Below are positions 1 to 9,786 of a stretch of 64,000 nucleotides of DNA, in pieces. Under the pieces are notes generated by a model. It was not told the origin of the DNA. It saw only the letters and a list, made by a program, of their open reading frames with translations, and did not search any database. Position numbers and translations under genes: made by a program. Origin of the DNA: Candidatus Poribacteria bacterium. Lineage in GTDB: Bacteria; Poribacteria; WGA-4E; PCPOR2b. The stretch is taken from NCBI GenBank assembly GCA_965208675.1, contig OZ242351.1:1216001-1280000 (forward strand), given 5' to 3'. Numbering within the stretch: the stretch's first letter is position 1; every line of letters starts with the position of its first letter.

Positions 1-1
1 C

Positions 2-2794
2 GCGGCGACGGGGAAACTCAAACAGACCCTTAAGAAACATGAGGGTGGAGTTAATTCCGTAGTGTTTTCGCCTGATGGCAACTCTCTGGCCAGTGAGGGG
101 AGCACAACTCGGTTGTGGGATGTCACAACGGGACAACCTAAGCCGATTCGAAAAGGGCGCAAGGGCGGCTTCTCGGTAGCAATTTCTACGGATAGCCGAA
201 CGCTCGCCGCCGGAAGTTATAACGGTTCTATTCCGTTATGGAAAGCTGACACTGGCGATTACATTGGGTCGCTTGACGGACATAAGAAATGGGTCTATTC
301 TGTCGCCATTTCCCCGGATGGCAACACTCTCGCTAGTGGCAGCAAAGACAAGACGGTTCGACTGTGGAATGTGAATACGAGAGCGCACATACGGACACTA
401 AAAGGGCATAAAGGCGACGTTCGCTCAGTCGCGTTCTCCCCAGACGGATTCACCGTCGCCAGTGGAAGTGAAGACGAAAAAATTCGATTGTGGGATGTTG
501 TTACGGGGAACTGTAGGCGTATTATTGAAGGACACACTTATCAGATCAATGCCATCACGTTTTCACCTGATGGCGAATTCCTTGCGAGCGGGAGTCGTGG
601 CGATACGATTTGCTTGTGGGATGTAAACACAGGACGACGCATGCAGGTATTTAAGGGGCATAATGGTTGGGTAAATGGCATTGCATTCTCGCCAGATGGA
701 AATACTCTCGCCAGCAGCGGTAATGATAAGACTATTCGGCTGTGGGATTTGGAGACGGGTCACGACAAGCGTGCCCTAAAAGGACACACCGATGATGTCG
801 ATTCAGTCGCGTTCTCTCCTGATGGGAGAATTATTGCAAGTGGTAGCCGCGACGGCACAATTCTTATCTGGGCGGTTGACTCGGCGACTGTCTCGCCCCC
901 CGTGAAACTGCCTGAAAAAGTCTTCACACGCCAACCACCCGAAACGTACATAAGATGGAATCTGCCCCAAAATGCAAAATTCCGCCTCGGCAAGGGGATG
1001 ATGCACGACCTCACGTATTCACCAAACGGCTCACAACTCGTGGTGGCAAGCAGCATTGGGATTTGGCGCTACGATGCTCATACCGGTGTGGAAATCGACC
1101 TGCTCACTGGGCATAAAGGAAAGGTTAATTCCATCGCGTACTCTCCGGATGGCAAGAATTTAGTGAGCGTGAGCGATGACAAGACCATTCGGTTGTGGGA
1201 TGCGCTATCCGGAATACACCGTCGTACCCTTGAGGGACATAAGAGTCAGATCAATTCCGTAGCAATCTCATTTGATGGCGCAACGCTCGCTAGCGCCGCT
1301 TGGAATGAGATTGGGTTGTGGGACGCCGCTACAGGACAACTTAAGCAGACACTTCAAGGACATGAGAATCACGTCAAGACTCTCGCATTCGCTTTCACCA
1401 ATCATATCCTCGCGAGTGGGAGCTGGGACAAGACGATTTGCCTGTGGGATGCCGTGACGGGGGAACACAAGCATACACTAAAAGGGCATACGGATCACGT
1501 CAATTCCGTCGCGTTTTCACCGGACGGAAGCACCCTCGCCAGTGGTAGCGATGACAAGACAATATGCTTGTGGGATGTAACAACTGGCAAGCGCAAAACA
1601 ATCATTAAGAGAGGAATTCACAACGTAACTGATATATGGGATTTTGTGACGCGCAGGCGAACCCATAAATGGCATACTGAGGAGGTTCGTACAGTCGCTT
1701 TCTCACCTGACGGCGGCACACTTGCCAGTGGCAGTTCAGACTTCACGATACGTCTTTGGGAGGCCAACACGGGAGAATTCAAAAGAATGCATGAACGTGC
1801 CGGTTGGGCTGATACTATCGTTTACGCCCCCGACGGGGAAACTATAGCCATCGGGAGCGCATTCAACGATACAATTCGCATATTGGACCCTTCAACCGGC
1901 AATCACAAGGAAATTATTGAGAGGCATGAAGGAACCGTAAATTCCGTTGTGTTTTCCCCCGATGGCGACATCCTCGCTACAAGAGGAGCGACCATTCGGT
2001 TATGGGACGCGGACAGCGGAGCACTGAAACTGACATTTGTGAGAAACATTTGGTCCGATTCTCTTGCGTATGCGCCGGACGGGCGAACTGTCGCTAGTGC
2101 AAGTGCGCACAACAATACAATTAGCTTGTGGGACGCCGTGACCGGCGAACAAAGGGAAACTCTTGAAGGGCATACGGATTACATCAATGCCGTGGCATAT
2201 TCTCCGGACGGAAGTACTCTCGCCAGCGGCAGTCGGAACAAAATAATTCGTCTTTGGGATGCCACCTCAGCGACACACAAGGGAACCCTTGAGGGACACG
2301 CGGATGAAATCAATTCTGTCGCCTTTTCTCCGGATGGAAACACCCTCGCGAGTGGAAGTAAGGACAAGACAATTCGATTGTGGGATATCGGAACAGGGAA
2401 ACACAAGCTAGTTCTTAACGGACATTCACATGAGATTAGTTCCGTCGCGTTCTCACCAAATGGTCAAATCCTCGCTAGTGGGAGCTGGGACAAGACAATC
2501 CGATTGTGGGATGTCGTAACGGGAAAACACAAGGTAACCCTTGAAGGGCATGAAAGCATCGTCGAGTTCGTTACGTTCTCCCCAGATGGCAAATTGCTCG
2601 CCAGTGGAGGTTGGGACAAAACGGTTCGGTTGTGGAATGTCATTACCGCCAATCACACGCGGATATTTGAAGGACATACGGATTGGGTCAATTCGCTTGC
2701 ATTTTCCCCGGATGGCAAAACACTTGCCAGCGGGAGCAACGATGGAACGCTTCTTGTCTGGACGGTCAATCCATCGCCGATTTCTTCACAATAA
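2..2794 (+). CDS. Large WD40-repeat protein (about 20 repeats visible), 5'-truncated by the window edge
   Basis: Frame is open from position 2 (AATGKLKQTLKKHEGGVNSVVFSPDG...). Repeated GH..V.SVAFSPDG..LASGS.D.TIRLWD units; an internal linker followed by WNLPQNAKFRLGKG separates two propeller blocks. Confidence 0.95.
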   Translation, partial: AATGKLKQTLKKHEGGVNSVVFSPDGNSLASEGSTTRLWDVTTGQPKPIRKGRKGGFSVAISTDSRTLAAGSYNGSIPLWKADTGDYIGSLDGHKKWVYSVAISPDGNTLASGSKDKTVRLWNVNTRAHIRTLKGHKGDVRSVAFSPDGFTVASGSEDEKIRLWDVVTGNCRRIIEGHTYQINAITFSPDGEFLASGSRGDTICLWDVNTGRRMQVFKGHNGWVNGIAFSPDGNTLASSGNDKTIRLWDLETGHDKRALKGHTDDVDSVAFSPDGRIIASGSRDGTILIWAVDSATVSPPVKLPEKVFTRQPPETYIRWNLPQNAKFRLGKGMMHDLTYSPNGSQLVVASSIGIWRYDAHTGVEIDLLTGHKGKVNSIAYSPDGKNLVSVSDDKTIRLWDALSGIHRRTLEGHKSQINSVAISFDGATLASAAWNEIGLWDAATGQLKQTLQGHENHVKTLAFAFTNHILASGSWDKTICLWDAVTGEHKHTLKGHTDHVNSVAFSPDGSTLASGSDDKTICLWDVTTGKRKTIIKRGIHNVTDIWDFVTRRRTHKWHTEEVRTVAFSPDGGTLASGSSDFTIRLWEANTGEFKRMHERAGWADTIVYAPDGETIAIGSAFNDTIRILDPSTGNHKEIIERHEGTVNSVVFSPDGDILATRGATIRLWDADSGALKLTFVRNIWSDSLAYAPDGRTVASASAHNNTISLWDAVTGEQRETLEGHTDYINAVAYSPDGSTLASGSRNKIIRLWDATSATHKGTLEGHADEINSVAFSPDGNTLASGSKDKTIRLWDIGTGKHKLVLNGHSHEISSVAFSPNGQILASGSWDKTIRLWDVVTGKHKVTLEGHESIVEFVTFSPDGKLLASGGWDKTVRLWNVITANHTRIFEGHTDWVNSLAFSPDGKTLASGSNDGTLLVWTVNPSPISSQ

Positions 2795-2931
2795 CCTGTG
2801 AAGTCTCTGTCAGCAAGCTATTCAACTTTCCACGCATCACAAACATCAGCCGTCGTGACGATTCACTGATGGATAGGCGATTCGTCGACTCGCCGCCAGC
2901 GTTTATAACAAGGATAGAAAGCAAATTGCAC

Positions 2932-4722
2932 ATGAATCCAATCGAATTTGAAGTCATCCGAAATGCACTGGTCGAAGCCACGGAAGAGATGGCGATTGCG
3001 CTGCGTCGCAGTGCGTATTCCACCAACATCAAGACCAGAGCTGATTTCTCGTGCGCCTTTTTTGACCGCCAACTGCAACCCGTTGCCCAAGCATTTACGC
3101 AACCCGTTCACCTAGGATCGCTAACTGAATTCGTGCCGAGAGTTGTCCGGGAGTATGGACCAGAGAACCTCGAACCGGGCGATGCGATTCTCTCCAATCA
3201 CCCTTATCTGGGCGGCGTTCACCTGAACGATATCACGCTCATCTCTCCGGTGTATTGCCTAGCCCCCCGCACCGTAAATCCGGACAATTCTAAAGGTACA
3301 CTTTTTCAAGATAATGAGGAGCGTCAGGATTGGACGCCAGAACTCTTCGGTTACGTTGCGAATCTAGCGCATCATGTGGACGTGGGCGGCGGCGCGCCCG
3401 CGAGCATAGGCGCGTTCCGCGAGGTCTATCAAGAGGGAATTATCATCCCCCCGGTGAAGCTCGTACAGCGGGGAGAAATTGTTCAGGACATTTTCCGGCT
3501 AGTGCTAGGCCAGATTCGCTCCAAGCATGAGACCGCGGGAGATTTTCGCGCACAGATAGCGGCTAATAACACTGGTGTCCGCCGGCTGAACGCGCTTCTA
3601 GGGCGCACGGGCGCAGATAAAGTAGCCTTATGCGTCAATGAACTGCTTGAATACACCGAACGCCGAACTCGTGCCGAGTTGGCAAAACTCCCAAAGGGGA
3701 CGTTTGCCGCTGACGGTTATGTTGATAACGATGGTTTCACCGATAAACCCGTGCGCCTCGCCGCGAAGATGGTCATTGACGATGATGGCGTCCTTTTCGA
3801 TTTGACGGGTTCAGATCCGCAAAGGCGTGCCCCAGTAAATTCCACGTTTGCCCAGACCTATTCCGCCTGCGCGTATGTGCTCAAGAGTCTCCTCGATCCT
3901 GACATTCCGGTCAACGCTGGATTCTACCGTCTGGTCCGCATCGTGGCTCCGCCCGGAACGGTGGTCAACTGTACCTCGCCAGCGCCAGTGGTGGGCGGTT
4001 GGGAAACGCAAGTACGTCTCAGCGACATCCTGCTGAAGGCAATCGCACAGGTTCTACCCGACCGAATCCCTGCGGGAACAAAGGCAATGATGGCACAGGT
4101 AGGCTTTGGAGCTGCGCATCCTCGCACGGGCGAACTCTACGCTTTTTACGAAACGCTAGCTGGCGGCTATGGCGGTAGAACGTCGAGCGATGGACCTGAC
4201 GCGGTGCAGTGCCACGGTCAGAACACAGAAAATGCGCCTATTGAGGAAACTGAGATTAATTACCCGGTTCGTATAAACCGTTACGAACTCGTAGAAGACT
4301 CTGATGGGGCAGGCAAACATCGCGGCGGGTTGGGGTTGCGGCGAGACTATTTCTTTGATCATGAAGCCTCGTTCACAATCCTGTCTGATCGCGACAGATG
4401 GGGACCGCAGGGGCTTTTCGGTGGGCTGCCCGGAAAGGTGGCTAGCTATGTGCTGAACCCCGATACCGACGCCGTCACGCTCGGTTCCAAGGTAACAGTT
4501 CAACTCAAACCGGGAGACGTGGTGAGTTTTCGCACCTGCGGCGGCGGCGGTTACGGCCCGCCTGAAGACCGTGATCCGCAATTGGTTTTGAGCGATGTGC
4601 GTGACGGCAAAGTTAGTCCGGCGCGTGCGAGAAAAATCTATGGTGTATCCATCGACACAGACACATGGACAGCAGAGAAGGCGGATACCTCGATCCCGCA
4701 AACAAATAGTGCGGCGAAGTGA
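2932..4722 (+). CDS. Hydantoinase B/oxoprolinase family protein
   Basis: Start re-called at ATG 2932 (MNPIEFEVIRNAL). Motifs RRSAYSTNIK..ADFSCA, HPYLGGVHLND, HHVDVGG and GGGGYGPP. Confidence 0.93.
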   Translation: MNPIEFEVIRNALVEATEEMAIALRRSAYSTNIKTRADFSCAFFDRQLQPVAQAFTQPVHLGSLTEFVPRVVREYGPENLEPGDAILSNHPYLGGVHLNDITLISPVYCLAPRTVNPDNSKGTLFQDNEERQDWTPELFGYVANLAHHVDVGGGAPASIGAFREVYQEGIIIPPVKLVQRGEIVQDIFRLVLGQIRSKHETAGDFRAQIAANNTGVRRLNALLGRTGADKVALCVNELLEYTERRTRAELAKLPKGTFAADGYVDNDGFTDKPVRLAAKMVIDDDGVLFDLTGSDPQRRAPVNSTFAQTYSACAYVLKSLLDPDIPVNAGFYRLVRIVAPPGTVVNCTSPAPVVGGWETQVRLSDILLKAIAQVLPDRIPAGTKAMMAQVGFGAAHPRTGELYAFYETLAGGYGGRTSSDGPDAVQCHGQNTENAPIEETEINYPVRINRYELVEDSDGAGKHRGGLGLRRDYFFDHEASFTILSDRDRWGPQGLFGGLPGKVASYVLNPDTDAVTLGSKVTVQLKPGDVVSFRTCGGGGYGPPEDRDPQLVLSDVRDGKVSPARARKIYGVSIDTDTWTAEKADTSIPQTNSAAK

Positions 4723-4792
4723 GAATTAAAATAGAACATGATATGCTACTTTGTGATTGCTCAGCCAATCGTAGAATATGGAGGTACAGTGG

Positions 4793-6913
4793 GTGACTTG
4801 CAGATATCGTCTCGGCGTGGATATCGGCGGCACTTTCACGGATGCCATCCTGATTAACGAACGCATCGGCGAAATCCATGTCGGCAAGGTGCCATCGACG
4901 CCCAACGACCCTGCCCGAGGATTCATGGATGCGGCCCATCGCATGCTGCGCGATGCTGATATTTCGCCGGACCAGGTGCGGCTTGTCGTACACGGCACCA
5001 CCGTAGCAACGAATACCGTAATTGAGGGCAAGGTTGCCCGCACAGGCTTTATTGCCACTGACGGTTTTCGAGACCTATTAGAAATTCAGCGCCAGATTCG
5101 TCCGTCACTCTACGATTTGCAATTCGAAAAACCCCGTCCGCTAGTGCCTCGACGCCTCTGCTTCGGCGTGCCAGAGCGGCTCGACGCGCACGGAAACATA
5201 CTCACCCCACTTGATGAAAACGCGGTAGCACAGGTGGCAGAGCGGTTACGAAAAGACGGCGTCGAAGCTATTGCGGTCTGCTTCCTACACGCCTACGTCA
5301 ACCCAATTCATGAAACTCGGGCGGGGGAGATTCTGCGTGAAATCGTACCAAACGCAGCTGTGTCTTTATCGTCCGATGTCGCTCCAGAATTTCGGGAGTA
5401 TTTTAGAGCCAGCACCACCGTCATCAACGCTTGCATTCGCCCGATCGTGGCGCAGTATCTGCAGCGTATTGAAACACAACTGGTTAAGGAGGGGTTAAAC
5501 GCTGCATTGCTCGTCATGCAGAGCAGCGGCGGGGTTTTCACCTTCTCGGCAGCAAGCAAAAAGCCGGTCTTCATGGTGGAATCAGGCCCCGCGGCGGGTG
5601 TCATCGCGGCAACTCACCTGGGGACTGCGCTTGGATATGAAGATGTTATCTCCTTTGACATGGGGGGCACCACTGCAAAAGTTGGCCTGATCGAGAGTGG
5701 AACACCGCGAATAACCAAGGAATATGAGGTTGGTGCGACAGCCCGGTCGGGTTTGGGCGCCAACGCCGGCGGTGGATATCCTATACGCACGCCCGTTATC
5801 GACCTCGTCGAAATCGGCGCGGGCGGCGGCTCAATCGCTTGGGTGGACTCAGGCGGTGTTCTGCGTGTTGGTCCTCAAAGTGCGGGCGCTGATCCAGGTC
5901 CAGCCTGCTACGAAAACGGAGGTACAGCGCCCACCATAACGGATGCCAATTTGGTGTTGGGACGGCTGAACCCGAGCTACTTCTTGGGTGGCGAGATTAA
6001 TCTTAAAATTGATGCGGCATGGCGCGCAATTGAGGAAACCTGCGCCAAACCGTTGGGAATGGAAGTCGCCGATGCCGCTCACGGGATCGTGGAAATTGCT
6101 AATACGGCCATGGTGAACGCACTCCGCCTCGTTTCGGTACAGCGCGGTTATGACCCCAGGGAATTTGCCTTAATGGCGTTTGGCGGTGCCGGGCCGCTGC
6201 ACGCCAACCGCTTGGCGGATGAGATTGAAGCACGCGCTGTCATCGTTCCAATGAGCCCCGGTACTACATCCGCCATGGGGCTTTTGGTGACTGACCTCAA
6301 ACACGAGTATACCAAAACACTCATCCAGCGTGTCGCCCAACTCGACCTAAGGGAATTGGAGAAAACTTTCGAAGCACTCACCGAAAAAGGACGAAAGACC
6401 CTTGAGCGTGAGGGAATGGCGCAAGAAGACATCTCATTCGTCCGCAAAGTAGATATGCGCTACGTCGGACAGAGTTATGAACTGACTGTAACGTTGTCAG
6501 AGGGTCAAGGCGAACGCGCAGCACCTCCACTTAGCGAATCCGATATCCGTCTGGCTTTGGAGGCGTTCAACCTAGATCACGACCGAGCATACGGTTACAG
6601 CGCCCCGGACGAACCGGTCGAAATTGTCAATCTCCGGCTCACTGCCATAGGACAAATCACCAAGCCCCGGCAGCAAAAGTTGGAGGGAGGTGATACGGAC
6701 GCGGGAGAAGCTCAGAAAGCGACCCGGTCAGTCTACTTTGCAGAAAAGAACGGATATGTTGATTGCCCCATCTACAATCGCTACCGGTTGGGTGCCGGAT
6801 GCGTCTTAAGTGGCGCTGCGATAGTAGAAGAGGTCGATTCTACCACGGTCATCCACCCCGGTCACCAAGCCGAAGTAGACAAGTACGGCAACTTGATTTT
6901 GACCAAAATATGA
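4793..6913 (+). CDS. Hydantoinase A/oxoprolinase family protein (ATP-binding subunit)
   Basis: GTG 4793 follows GGAGG. Motifs GVDIGGTFTD, HGTTVATN, SGPAAG, DMGGTT, GAGGGS and GPQSAGADPGPACY. Confidence 0.93.
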   Translation: MTCRYRLGVDIGGTFTDAILINERIGEIHVGKVPSTPNDPARGFMDAAHRMLRDADISPDQVRLVVHGTTVATNTVIEGKVARTGFIATDGFRDLLEIQRQIRPSLYDLQFEKPRPLVPRRLCFGVPERLDAHGNILTPLDENAVAQVAERLRKDGVEAIAVCFLHAYVNPIHETRAGEILREIVPNAAVSLSSDVAPEFREYFRASTTVINACIRPIVAQYLQRIETQLVKEGLNAALLVMQSSGGVFTFSAASKKPVFMVESGPAAGVIAATHLGTALGYEDVISFDMGGTTAKVGLIESGTPRITKEYEVGATARSGLGANAGGGYPIRTPVIDLVEIGAGGGSIAWVDSGGVLRVGPQSAGADPGPACYENGGTAPTITDANLVLGRLNPSYFLGGEINLKIDAAWRAIEETCAKPLGMEVADAAHGIVEIANTAMVNALRLVSVQRGYDPREFALMAFGGAGPLHANRLADEIEARAVIVPMSPGTTSAMGLLVTDLKHEYTKTLIQRVAQLDLRELEKTFEALTEKGRKTLEREGMAQEDISFVRKVDMRYVGQSYELTVTLSEGQGERAAPPLSESDIRLALEAFNLDHDRAYGYSAPDEPVEIVNLRLTAIGQITKPRQQKLEGGDTDAGEAQKATRSVYFAEKNGYVDCPIYNRYRLGAGCVLSGAAIVEEVDSTTVIHPGHQAEVDKYGNLILTKI

Positions 6914-6995
6914 TGCGGTGGGGGAACTGTTTAAGCGTGGCGAGCAAGTTGTAAAGAATCAAAGATTTGGCAGGTAATTCATCTAACCCAAACCT

Positions 6996-8186
6996 TCATT
7001 TCATCGCGGCACGGTCAAAAATTATTTCTGCGATTTCTCGCTTGGACAGCAGGGGAAGCTGTTCATGTGAGCCGTCACGATTCAAAAGTGTCACAACGTT
7101 TGTATCGCCTTCAAACCCTGCGCCTTTTTCCAAGATGTTGTTTGCTACAATCAAATCCAAGTTCTTATCGGCTAACTTTTGCCGAGCATGACTCAAGATA
7201 TCGTCCGTTTCAGCCGCAAACCCTACGAGAATCTGATGCGATTTCCGCCTACCGAGCTCCAGCGCAATATCAGGGTTTTTTACGAGCGGAAACGTAAATT
7301 GATCGGCTTTTTTCTTGATTTTATGGGAAGAGACCGTTTCGGGACGGTAATCTGCAACTGCTGCCGTCATTATGACAAAATCTGCCTGATCGAATACTGC
7401 AAAAACTGCGTCGCGCATTTCCATCGCAGTTTCGACATAGCGGCAATCAATACCGGTGGGGGGAGGCACCGCTGTTGGACCGCTGATTAGAAAAACATCC
7501 GCGCCGCGGCGATACGCTGCTTCAGCAACCGCATAACCCATTTTGCCGCTGGATCGATTGCTGATGAAACGAACCGGGTCGAGATATTCCCGCGTCGGTC
7601 CCGCCGTGACTACAACTTTCTTGTTAATCATATCTCTTTTGCCGGACAATCGCCGTGTAATACGTTCTAGAATCACTTCAACCGTGTTCAAACGCCCGAT
7701 CCCCTGACGCCCAGAGCCAAGATCTCCGATGACAGGTTCAACAAATTCAACATCGTGATCTCTCAGACGCGTCATGTTTGCTTGCACGTAAGGGTTTTGG
7801 TACATGTGATCTTCCATTGCTGGGGCAATCAAAACGGGACAGTGGACGGAGATCGCGACGGTTGAGAGGACATCGTCCGCGATGCCATTTGCCATTTTCC
7901 CAATCACATTTGCGGTCGCAGGCGCAATCACCAGCAAATCCGCCTGTTCTGCGAGATCGATGTGGGCGGGCTTCCAATCCGATTCGGGGTTGAATAGATT
8001 TAGCATCACGGGGTTGCGGGAGATGACCTGGAATTGCAATGGTTGCACCAAGCGGGTGGCATTTTCCGTCATAACCACATGAACGGAAGCGCCGTGCTTA
8101 ACCAACTGACTCGCCAAATCGACAGATTTATGGATAGCGATACTGCCAGTGACTCCTAAGATGATTCGCCGCTCTTTCAATTCCAT
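6996..8186 (-). CDS. coaBC: Bifunctional phosphopantothenoylcysteine decarboxylase/ligase
   Basis: GVTGSIA, APATAN, PAM, TAGPTREYLDPVRFISNRSSGKMG, AAVADY and VGFAAET. Confidence 0.96.
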   Translation of the reverse strand: MELKERRIILGVTGSIAIHKSVDLASQLVKHGASVHVVMTENATRLVQPLQFQVISRNPVMLNLFNPESDWKPAHIDLAEQADLLVIAPATANVIGKMANGIADDVLSTVAISVHCPVLIAPAMEDHMYQNPYVQANMTRLRDHDVEFVEPVIGDLGSGRQGIGRLNTVEVILERITRRLSGKRDMINKKVVVTAGPTREYLDPVRFISNRSSGKMGYAVAEAAYRRGADVFLISGPTAVPPPTGIDCRYVETAMEMRDAVFAVFDQADFVIMTAAVADYRPETVSSHKIKKKADQFTFPLVKNPDIALELGRRKSHQILVGFAAETDDILSHARQKLADKNLDLIVANNILEKGAGFEGDTNVVTLLNRDGSHEQLPLLSKREIAEIIFDRAAMK

Positions 8187-8231
8187 TTCGTCATCGCCTC
8201 TAGAATCTCAATTTTCATCTCGTTTCTGAAT

Positions 8232-8260
8232 ATTTTACAGTATTCTGTGATTCATGTCTA
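8232..8260 (-). promoter_or_regulatory. Putative sigma70 promoter of coaBC
   Basis: Minus strand reads TAGACA-17 nt-TAAAAT about 45 nt upstream of the start codon. Confidence 0.5.
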
Positions 8261-8417
8261 CATTGTGTTGCGTACGATTCGTTCGTAATGACCGTTGACC
8301 GTTTTTCGACCTTTTTGCATATCTTCAACATTAGACAAATCCTAACCGCGTTTATCGGCACGGCATTCACAGCCATAGCAATAGAAACTTTTTATTTTAA
8401 CGCTTAAATTCTTGGCA

Positions 8418-9662
8418 ATGCACGCTAATAATTCAAAGATGCAACCGATTTTTCCTCGTCAAATCCTATTCGCCGCATTCGCAATAGCCGCCGCTGCCAG
8501 TTTTTTGCTGTGCGGATACGAATTCATCCGAGCCGTCTCAGACTCACTGTTTATCGGTGCCTATGGCGCTGAAAACCTGCCTTGGGTCATGGCTGCTGTG
8601 TTTCCCGGCGTTTACCTAATGATTTTCCTTTACGGCCGTCTCCTTTCGTGGGTCGGTGCAAACCGCGCGCTCATCGTGACATCGCTGCTTTCGGGAGTAA
8701 TGATCTTATCCGCCTATGGTCTGATTTTGAAAGGCTTTCCTATCGCCACAGCAATCATCTACGTCTTTCGCGAGGCGTACATCGTTCTCATTATCGAACA
8801 ATACTGGGCATTCGTCAACAGCACGCTAAGTCCCAACCAGGCACGCCGCATCAACGGTCCTTTTTGCGGCCTAGCATCGTTGGGATCGGTCGCGGGGGGA
8901 TTCCTCGCCGGACATTTGGCGGAACGGGTGGGTTCAGACACGCTGCTAATTTTCACGGCTGCGTCACTGCTGCCAGCCGCGGCATGTTCAGCTGCGGCTT
9001 ACGCCTTCGCTGGTACGCCGCAGCCATCTGAAGCTGAACGCGGCGGAAAATTTGGACACACCGGGCTGCGGGTGTTATTTCAATCCCGATATCTCATGTT
9101 CATCGGTTTGTTGGTCATAACTACGCAGATAGTTTCAACCGTGTTGGACCTTCGATTTAAAGGCCTAATTGAAATTGAAATACCGGAAATAGACGAGAGA
9201 ACCGCGTTCATCGGAAATTTTTACGGCACGCTTGGCGCCGTCGCCGCAACTCTCCAATTTGTGGTTACGCCACTATTGCTGCGATTTGTCCACATTCGCA
9301 TCGTGCACCTTGCCATTCCAATAATACATCTCATCACCTGCAGTGTCCTCACTGCCTCACCGTCGCTGTGGATTAGTGCTGCTGCGTTTTTAGTATTTAA
9401 AGGGCTTGATTACTCAATTTTCCGCGCCGGCAAAGAGATTTTTTACATCCCTTTGCCGTTCGATGCCCGATACCGGGCAAAGCAGATTATCGATTCTTTT
9501 GGCTATCGATCTGCAAAAAGCGGCAGTGCATTCATAATCGCCCTAACGCGTCTGCCCGCATCAGCGTTTTCCTTGGCTGCTATAATTGCGGCAACCATCT
9601 GGTCCGGTATTGTATCAAATTTAGCAACGCAGTATCAGACAGTGGAGAAAACTCAAGATTGA
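8418..9662 (+). CDS. NTT/Npt (TLC ATP/ADP translocase-like) nucleotide transporter family MFS protein
   Basis: About 12 hydrophobic segments. YEFIRAVSDSLFI..YGAENLPW and DYSIFRAGKEIFYIPLPFDARYRAKQIIDSFGYRSAK resemble NTT signatures. Start is uncertain (8412/8418/8439). Confidence 0.75.
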   Translation: MHANNSKMQPIFPRQILFAAFAIAAAASFLLCGYEFIRAVSDSLFIGAYGAENLPWVMAAVFPGVYLMIFLYGRLLSWVGANRALIVTSLLSGVMILSAYGLILKGFPIATAIIYVFREAYIVLIIEQYWAFVNSTLSPNQARRINGPFCGLASLGSVAGGFLAGHLAERVGSDTLLIFTAASLLPAAACSAAAYAFAGTPQPSEAERGGKFGHTGLRVLFQSRYLMFIGLLVITTQIVSTVLDLRFKGLIEIEIPEIDERTAFIGNFYGTLGAVAATLQFVVTPLLLRFVHIRIVHLAIPIIHLITCSVLTASPSLWISAAAFLVFKGLDYSIFRAGKEIFYIPLPFDARYRAKQIIDSFGYRSAKSGSAFIIALTRLPASAFSLAAIIAATIWSGIVSNLATQYQTVEKTQD

Positions 9663-9786
9663 GGGTAAGGTAATTGGGAATTCAGGGAAGTGAACTTGGA
9701 GTTAATGGAGCAGAGTTTCAGATGAATATGGGCAAATGCCGCTTCACCGTCGAACTCAGATTGTTCGCCACGCATTAAATCTGTCA

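Noticed and set aside
2-2794. CRISPR-like or non-coding tandem repeat
   Set aside because: The periodicity (about 126 nt) is fully explained by degenerate WD40 coding repeats.
2683-2931. 83-aa N-terminal extension of hydantoinase B in the ORF track
   Set aside because: It overlaps the WD40 gene and has no family resemblance; the homology starts at ATG 2932.
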